Shown here: positions 1 through 5,986 of the stretch, piece after piece
How positions within the stretch are numbered: position 1 is the first letter of the stretch
Layout of the letters: each line of letters starts with the position of its first letter
Assembly (NCBI RefSeq): GCF_006345805.1
Contig: NW_021829732.1
Span: forward strand, 1 to 5,986
Source of the DNA: Octopus sinensis
Lineage: Eukaryota
Direction of reading: 5' to 3'
Length of the DNA: 5,986 nt
Notes under the pieces: model-generated
The model's input: the letters and a program-made list of their open reading frames with translations, nothing else
The model's database searches: none
Told to the model about the DNA's origin: nothing
Translations under genes and position numbers: made by a program

Positions 1-27
1 CAACGAACATCATCTCTACCACACTAG

Positions 28-55
28 ACCCCGCAACGCCGGGTAATAGTGCTAG
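28..55 (+). mobile_element. Probable Helitron 3' terminus (subterminal hairpin plus CTAG)
   Basis: ACCCCGCAACGCCGGGT (28-44) folds as a GC-rich hairpin: 6 pairs, one C-C mismatch at 32/40, AAC loop. It is followed 7 nt later by CTAG (52-55) and then T (56). This matches the established Helitron 3' architecture (hairpin, CTRR end, insertion before T). The body would lie left of the window. Confidence 0.5.

Positions 56-83
<28 letters not shown>
56..83. repeat. (TA)14 microsatellite
   Basis: Perfect TA dinucleotide run read directly. Confidence 0.97.
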
Positions 84-86
<3 letters not shown>

Positions 87-122
<36 letters not shown>

Positions 123-180
123 TGCGCGCGCGCGTTGTGTGTGTGAGTGTCTGTGTCTGTGTGTGTGTGTGTATGTGTGT
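87..180. repeat. Compound (TG)n microsatellite with internal (GC)5
   Basis: (TG)14 at 87-114, GCGCGCGCGCG at 124-134, interrupted TG repeats to 180. Confidence 0.95.
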
Positions 181-519
181 ATTACATTGCTTTTCAAATG
201 TACCCGACGTCATCTTTTCCTCTCAACATTCCGAGATGGATGGAATAATGCGACAGTCAAATACTGGAGGGGAAGATATCAGCTAGGGTCCCTCCCTTGA
301 ACATTCCTAACCTTGTAGTTAAATCAGAAACGACTGAGCACTAGTGTCTATTCGTTGTAGTGCATGATATTCCATTATGTTATCGCTTTAAATCTCAATA
401 TTCATATTTTATTGAGCCCTCTGCTAAACTGTCTTGCAGAAAAAATGCAAAAGCAATGCATTTCTTCTCGAAAATACAAGAAATATATTCTTTTGGTAAA
501 ATATCATTTCTAGTATTCA

Positions 520-710
<191 letters not shown>

Positions 711-820
711 AAACGCATACATATATGTATATATACAAATTGGTTATGTATATATGCATGTATGTGTGTTCGTGTGTAAATAACTATATACATAAGTATA
801 AATATATATGTATTTGCGTG

Positions 821-876
<56 letters not shown>

Positions 877-924
877 TATATTATATATATATATATTATA
901 TATATAATATATATCTTATATATA
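821..924. repeat. Interrupted (TA)n microsatellite
   Basis: (AT)20 at 829-868 with AA/TT phase interruptions on both sides; TA-rich degenerate flanks from about 780 to 935. Confidence 0.95.
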
Positions 925-1383
925 CATATACATATTTAGCATTTATAAATACATGGATATGATAAAAAAATGATTCAAGCAGCCAAGTGGATCAAAAAAC
1001 TTATGCTTAATACCAGATTGAGTAACGTTAAACGGATGAGAATTTAAATGCAGTTTGTTAATCGGGATGATAAGAGTGGTAGAGATAATCAAGAATTGTG
1101 GTGTAGTAGAAAATTTCTAGTTTCGAGCGATAGAATAGATTATCTTTGATTTGGTGGAAGCTAATAGATGGTTTAAAGACAGGATCAGCTAGGAAGGAAG
1201 ATGTATGGATACAGTAGGAAAAAAACTTACTATTATTTTACTAAGCTTTGGTACTTTATATCTAATGGAGCAGTTAAAAATATCACAAAGAGAATAACAA
1301 GAGGGTGAAACAAATATACATACACACACAGATATATGTATGTATGCATATTACATGCGCATACATACATATATGTATGTAAT

Positions 1384-1411
1384 CTCCCTCTCTCTCTCTC
1401 TCTTCTCTCTA

Positions 1412-1446
<35 letters not shown>

Positions 1447-1535
1447 ATATATTTAATATATATATATATAGAGAGAGAGAGACATACAGACAGACAGAAA
1501 GAGAGAAAGAGAGAAAGACTAAGAGAGAGAGAGAG
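1384..1535. repeat. Compound (CT)n-(TA)n-(GA)n microsatellite
   Basis: CT tract 1384-1410, (TA)15 at 1414-1443 with further TA to 1470, GA/GACA/GAAA tract 1471-1535. Confidence 0.95.
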
Positions 1536-2029
1536 TGAATAGAAGTTGAGAGAGGCACCCCTGCGTTACAGCTGCTCCAAGTTACGAGATTTCTCACTTA
1601 CGGAAAGTGGAAAGTATAGCTAACTATTTCTAGATACGATCTATATTTTCATCCTGACGGAAACTCTTATTGCATAGGTTTAAATTGGGAACATTTTAAA
1701 TTACACTTTTTTCTTAGCTCAATGGCCACTTGCGTTTTAGTTAAGATTAAAGTATATACTTAACTATTTGGAAAACTTTCATCGTGTTACACACATACAT
1801 GCGCCCACATACATGCATGTAAATATAATGTACATTATATGAATATACATATATAACTTTTATTTTTCTTGAAGAAAAATTAATACCAGGATTTAAAATT
1901 TCCAAAATTTGTATGACACTTCTTTCGGGGGGAATGCAGCTGGTGATGTGAAATTAAAGATCCTACACGTGAATCACACAAAATATATGGTGGCTTTTAA
2001 GGGTTATACACTGTTTAATCGACCTATGA

Positions 2030-3703
2030 TTTGGTATTGCATCGAATGTTGAACGATTGCTTGGAAAAAAGTATGGCAAATTGGAGGACGGACTTGACAG
2101 CATACGGAAGAAGTTTTGAGACAGTAGAAATTAGGAGGAGCATCTTCCAAGGGAACTGCCTGTCCCCACCGATCTTTGTACTGTGCTTGATACAACTAAC
2201 ACTAATTCTGAGGAAAGCAAAAGCAGGGTATGTATTCAAAAGCCGCTAGCAAAAAGTCAACCATTTGTTATTCATGGGTGACCTCAAACTTTATGGTAAA
2301 GATGAAGCCCAAGTCAGTACCCTCATTGATATGGTGGTTACCTTCGGTGCTGATATCGGAATGGAGTTCGGACTGAGAAAGCGTAGCGTGTTAGTCTTGA
2401 AGAGAAGCAAAATCAAATGTATGGACGGGCTTACGATACCGTCAGGGGAGGGTATGAAGAAGATAGAAGAGACGGGCTATAAGTACTTGGGGATTTGGGA
2501 AATGGATAAATTGATGGAGAAAGAAATGACAGAAAAAATTAAGGTAGAGTACTTGCGCAGACTGAGACTGATACTTAAGTCGAAATTAAACGGACGGAAT
2601 AAGATAGAAGCTATCAACACCTGGGTGGTTTCACCCCTTAGACATGGAGCAGGGGTAATTGCATGGACAGTAGACGAACTAAACAGCTTAGAGAGAAAGA
2701 CAAGGAAGTTGCTAACTAGATATGGGTCACGCGACCCAAAAAGTGTCACAGACAGACTGTATGTACCAGGAAAAAGAGGGGGAAGAGGACTTACTGGATG
2801 CGAACACAGCATTAGAGCAGAAGAAAACAACATAGCATGGTATGTAAAAAATGCTACAGAACCGCTATTATTAGAAGAATGTCAGGCTTGTATAGGATGA
2901 AAGATTGCAAAGATAAAGCACTATACAAGAAAGTGTAAATGAATGAAACTGAAAATAGGTGAGTAAAGAATGCGTGGACAATTTCATAGGGATGTTGAAG
3001 ATAAGACACACAGAGAAAAAAAATGGCTGTGGATGACTAAAAGTGATTTAAAACCGGAAACGGAGACTCTAATCTATGCTGCCCAAGAGCAAGCGCTAAG
3101 AACAAACTACATAAAGTACAGAATAGACAACACAGCAGAAAGTGATAAGTGCAGAATCTGTGGACAAAACGGTGAAACCGTATGGCATATTACCAGCCAA
3201 TGTACGTCACAAGCCCAGAAGGAATATAAGAGACGCAACGACTATATAGGCAGGCTTGTCCGTTGAACACTTTGCAACGAGTATGGATTTGACAGAGCAA
3301 AAAATTGGTACGACCACAAACCTGAAGGTATCGTCGAAAATAGAAATGCGAAGAACCTATAGGATTTTATGATTCAGTGCGAGCATGAGATACAGAATAG
3401 TCTTAACTGAGAAAGAAAACAAACTATTCTGAATCATAGTTTAGCATGCCCAGCTGACAACAAGGTATGCGATAAAGAAGAAAGAAAAGTGAGAGATATG
3501 ACAGGTTAGCTTGGGAAGTTAAGCAGTTGTGGTCGATCAAAAAGGTAGCAGTAGTATCAATAATTGTCGGAACCCTGGGAACAGTGAGTAAAAATCTCGA
3601 GAAGTCCGTGGAACAAATAGGGGCTGCAACAAGGGTGGAGCACTTGCAGAAAACAACACTGCTTAGAACCGCTCGAATACTCCGGAAAGTGCTCGAAAAA
3701 TAA
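2030..3703 (+). pseudogene. Disrupted RT/CCHC/RLE polyprotein ORF of the retroelement
   Basis: Joins track ORFs 2031-2249, 2265-2900 and 2970-3266 and continues beyond them. In-frame stops at 2247, 2936, 2960, 3264, 3360, 3430. Frameshifts near 2065-2070, 2880, 2963-2970, 3397, 3439 and 3492. Starts FGIASNVERLLGKSMANWRTDL and ends ...HLQKTTLLRTARILRKVLEK*. Confidence 0.88.
3150..3203 (+). other. Intact CCHC zinc-knuckle coding segment (CRICGQNGETVWHITSQC)
   Basis: CX2CX8HX4C spacing translated directly from the sequence. Confidence 0.9.
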
Positions 3704-3705
3704 GA

Positions 3706-3744
3706 GGTGTTACCATAGTTCACTGGTAGTGAACAGCTGACACC
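3706..3744 (+). other. Stem-loop in the retroelement 3' UTR
   Basis: Inner stem GTTCACT/AGTGAAC (3718-3724/3728-3734, 3-nt loop). Outer stem GGTGTTA/TGACACC (3706-3712/3738-3744, one G-U pair). Confidence 0.6.
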
Positions 3745-3781
3745 GTAGTACACCCCCATCGTTAGAAGCTGTGCAAAGGCA

Positions 3782-3806
3782 ATGATGATGATGATGATAA
3801 TAATAA
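3782..3806 (+). repeat. (TGA)5(TAA)3 3' tail or target microsatellite of the retroelement
   Basis: ATGATGATGATGATGATAATAATAA begins 78 nt after the ORF stop. Confidence 0.8.
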
Positions 3807-4111
3807 CAAATATCTAACCAACTAACTAATCAATGGTTTGTTTAATGTGTTGGTTTGCCTTTTTGTCAATGTCCTTTCGTCGCTCCTCGCGACCTCATCA
3901 ATGACTTACTGTCTCTCTCTCTTTGCGAGGTCTACTTTGCGTCTGTCTGAGAGTTGGTCCTATACCTGAGTGTATGCATGCTTGCCTCTGTGTATGTAGA
4001 TGCATGGTTACTTACAAGATATGGGAAGTGTGAGAGTAAAATCATAAGCAAGGACGTTAATGAAACCCGCCCTAGATATTGGGGTAAGCAATGGAACAGA
4101 ATATTCTGTTT

Positions 4112-4320
4112 CCTTTTATTCTCTTACTTGTTTCAGTCATTTGACTGCGGTCATGCTGGAGTACTGCCTTTAGACGAAGAAATCGACCCTAGGACTTATT
4201 CTTTGTAAAACTAGTACTTATTCTATAGGTCTCTTTTGCTGAACCGTTAAGTTTCGGGGACGTAAACACACCAACATCGGTTGTCAAGTGGTGGGTTGGG
4301 GACAAACACAGAGACACACA
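4112..4320 (-). mobile_element. 3' half of a SINE-like interspersed repeat (cephalopod-type), tRNA head absent
   Basis: Minus strand reads ...TGTTTGTCCCC...CTTGACAACCGATGTTGGTGTGTTTACGTCCCC...AGAATAAGTACTAG...AGAATAAGTCCTAGGGTCGAT...CTCCAGCATGACCGCAGTCAAATGACTGAAACAAGTAAGAGAATAAAAGG, with an A-rich tail. It closely resembles, from memory, an abundant Octopus SINE. Not verified by search. Confidence 0.7.
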
Positions 4321-4366
4321 CACACATATACATGTGTACGTGTGTGTACGTGTGTGTATGTGTGTG

Positions 4367-4401
<35 letters not shown>

Positions 4402-4422
4402 GCGCGCGTGTGCGTGTGTGTG
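4315..4422. repeat. (CA)n switching to compound (TG)n microsatellite
   Basis: ACACACACACACATATAC followed by interrupted GT repeats with a short GC run. Confidence 0.93.
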
Positions 4423-4613
4423 AAGTTATTGATGTAAGTTTGTCTGTGGGTTTGTGAGCTTGTGAGTGTATGAGCATTGACTATCTGTGACCACTTCAGT
4501 GGCTTGGCCTTTTTGTTCTAGGTCAGTTCGGTTTCATATCTGCTGGGGTTTGCTTGTCATCCCGTAAAGGTTTATTGGTGTAGTCCCGTGTGTGATGTAG
4601 AGGGAGAACAGGA

Positions 4614-4693
<80 letters not shown>

Positions 4694-5230
4694 CGTGTCT
4701 GTATGTTTGTGTGCGTGTGCTCACTTCCGAACGTGTGCATGCGAGTGTGTGCGTGTGTGTCTTTGTGTGTGTGAGTGTGTGCGCACGCGCGGGTATGTAT
4801 GTATATATGTGAGTGCGTATGTGTTCGTGCTCGAAAGTATGTGGTCTAGTGTGCATGTTTTTATGGTTGTGTCGGTTCTGTGAGTGAGTGCATGTGTTCG
4901 TATGTGTGTATGTGAATGTCAGAGTGTTTATGCGTGAGAATTCCAGTGTGTATGTGTGTGTGCGTGCAGTGTAGCCGTTTTGTTTTTAAATAGCTAAGCA
5001 CCTTTGTATATGTCTGTATGTGCGCTTATGTATCCCTGTGTACGTGTGTGAGCGTGCGTATGTGTACGCGTTCGCCCGTACGTGTATGTATGTATGTATG
5101 TATGTATGTATGTATGTATGTATGTATGTATGTATGTATGCATGTGTACGTGTATGTATATGTGAGTGCGCGTGGATATGTGTGAGGTCATGTTCTCGTG
5201 TGGGCGTTTTTGCATGCGTGTACGTGTATG
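4614..5230. repeat. Long degenerate GT-rich simple-repeat region containing (GT)35 and (TATG)14
   Basis: Perfect (GT)35 at 4619-4688 and perfect (TATG)14 at 5085-5140, with degenerate GT/GC/TATG repeats between and after. Confidence 0.93.
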
Positions 5231-5727
5231 GTTATGTTTTAGAATGGTTTATAAATACATGTATTTATTTGTATAGATTTTCTTGTATCCAGCTGTCATT
5301 CTAATACAAGCCAATATATACCACATATAGCTACATACGTGAACGTGCGCGCCCCTAGTCATGTATAGTTGTACTCTTGAATTGTTCAAAATTATATGTG
5401 TTTATTTGTATGGATTTCCTTGCCTCCTGCTATCATTGTTATCCTTACATACATACATGATGCTTGCCCCCTCGTTATCGAGTATGGCCATTGCACGAAG
5501 GTTAACTGTTATTGGTGCTGTGATCGAATGTGACTTTTATTTGCTTTTTAAGGCTACAGCCAACCATTCAGTTGAGACTCACAGCACGATCAACAATCAT
5601 GAACAATGTTGTTATCGTGCAATGCCTGTGCAAGAAGATTTTTTTAAAGTGAGAAAAGGCTGTGCACTGAGTCAACCCCACTCACTAAGCAACAGCAGCC
5701 ATAATCCGAAAAGAAGAACAAGTCAAC

Positions 5728-5836
5728 ATCATCAGTAACCGCTGAGCCGCAGGTTTTATGTCGGAGTTATCCCAGTTACCTGAGTTACCTTCTCCTAGAA
5801 GGATGCCCTAACAAAGGCTAGGAGTCCTTCACTCCC
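5728..5836 (-). mobile_element. Possible SINE or RTE-LINE 5'UTR-derived fragment
   Basis: Minus strand contains CTAGCCTTTGTTAGGGCATCCTTCTAGGAGAAGGTAACTC...AAAACCTGCGGC, similar from memory to the RTE 5'UTR motif (..GCCTTGG..GGCAAC.AGTCTAGGAGAAGGAAAACTC..AAACC) that also occurs in some SINE bodies. It ends in a short GATGAT-like tail. Boundaries are approximate. Confidence 0.4.
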
Positions 5837-5986
5837 AAATGTTTAAGTAACCGCGCGATCGGGTATTCAGTCCGATTATTTCTTGTCTCCATGCATGGTA
5901 CAGCCTAAGCCGTAAGAGAAAAAAACTACACATTTATCGGATGGCCGTTGACTTTCAAGAGTTCTCCGCCTCCTCCCTTGTCCCGA

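Larger units (their letters stand above)
2030..3806 (+). mobile_element. 5'-truncated, decayed non-LTR retrotransposon, RLE type (R4/Dong-like)
   Basis: RT motifs (IFQGNCLSP for GIFQGDSLSP; KVNHLLFMGDLKLY for FMDD; YKYLG; LYVPGKRGGRGL), then a CX2CX8HX4C knuckle, RLE-type C-terminus, stop at 3701-3703, short 3' UTR and trinucleotide tail. Domain order RT-CCHC-RLE is established for R2/R4-group elements. The clade assignment is by motif recall. The 5' boundary is uncertain (about 2010-2030). Confidence 0.9.

Noticed and set aside
855-896. 42-bp perfect palindrome within the TA tract
   Set aside because: (TA)n is self-complementary, so this needs only one matched AA/TT interruption.
950-1260. 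Purine-rich stretch that might be an old LINE fragment
   Set aside because: My trial translations gave stops and no recognisable motif. A translated search would be needed.
1336-1542. 68-aa ORF
   Set aside because: Translation of compound microsatellites.
1979-1988. CAAAATATAT resembling the 3' flank CAAATATCT as a target-site duplication
   Set aside because: Imperfect, AT-rich and about 40 nt from the apparent 5' junction.
2004-3759. Minus-strand ORFs 2004-2195, 2024-2239, 2477-2833 and 3424-3759
   Set aside because: Antisense shadows of the retroelement coding sequence with no independent motifs.
3954-4208. 84-aa ORF
   Set aside because: No recognisable domain, and it runs into the SINE on the opposite strand.
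4247-5304. Cluster of HT- and CV-repeat ORFs on both strands
   Set aside because: Artefacts of GT/CA and TATG repeats.
5489-5624. 10-bp inverted repeat CATTGCACGA/TCGTGCAATG as a possible MITE, and an overlapping bulged hairpin at 5584-5620
   Set aside because: No target-site duplication, and about one such 10-bp match is expected by chance in a window this size.
5361-5738. 125-aa ORF
   Set aside because: No recognisable motif or clear splice context. I cannot exclude a small exon without RNA data.

Overview
Eukaryotic, repeat-dominated, non-coding DNA with no intact protein-coding gene. Roughly a quarter of the window is simple-sequence repeat. The main element is a 5'-truncated, decayed non-LTR retrotransposon of the restriction-like-endonuclease type (R4/Dong-like) on the + strand at about 2030-3806. 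Its single ORF (RT C-terminal part, CCHC knuckle, RLE domain) can be read across 6 in-frame stops and about 6 frameshifts, and is followed by a structured 3' UTR and a (TGA)5(TAA)3 tail. Also present: a probable Helitron 3' end (28-55) abutting a (TA)n tract, the 3' half of a SINE on the - strand (about 4112-4320) that from memory resembles an abundant Octopus SINE, and a possible RTE-5'UTR-like or SINE fragment near 5730-5836. The host looks like a cephalopod (inference from recalled repeat similarity, not a database result). I see no evidence of a new multi-gene system. The most useful leads are the retroelement's insertion site, 3' UTR fold and lesion pattern.
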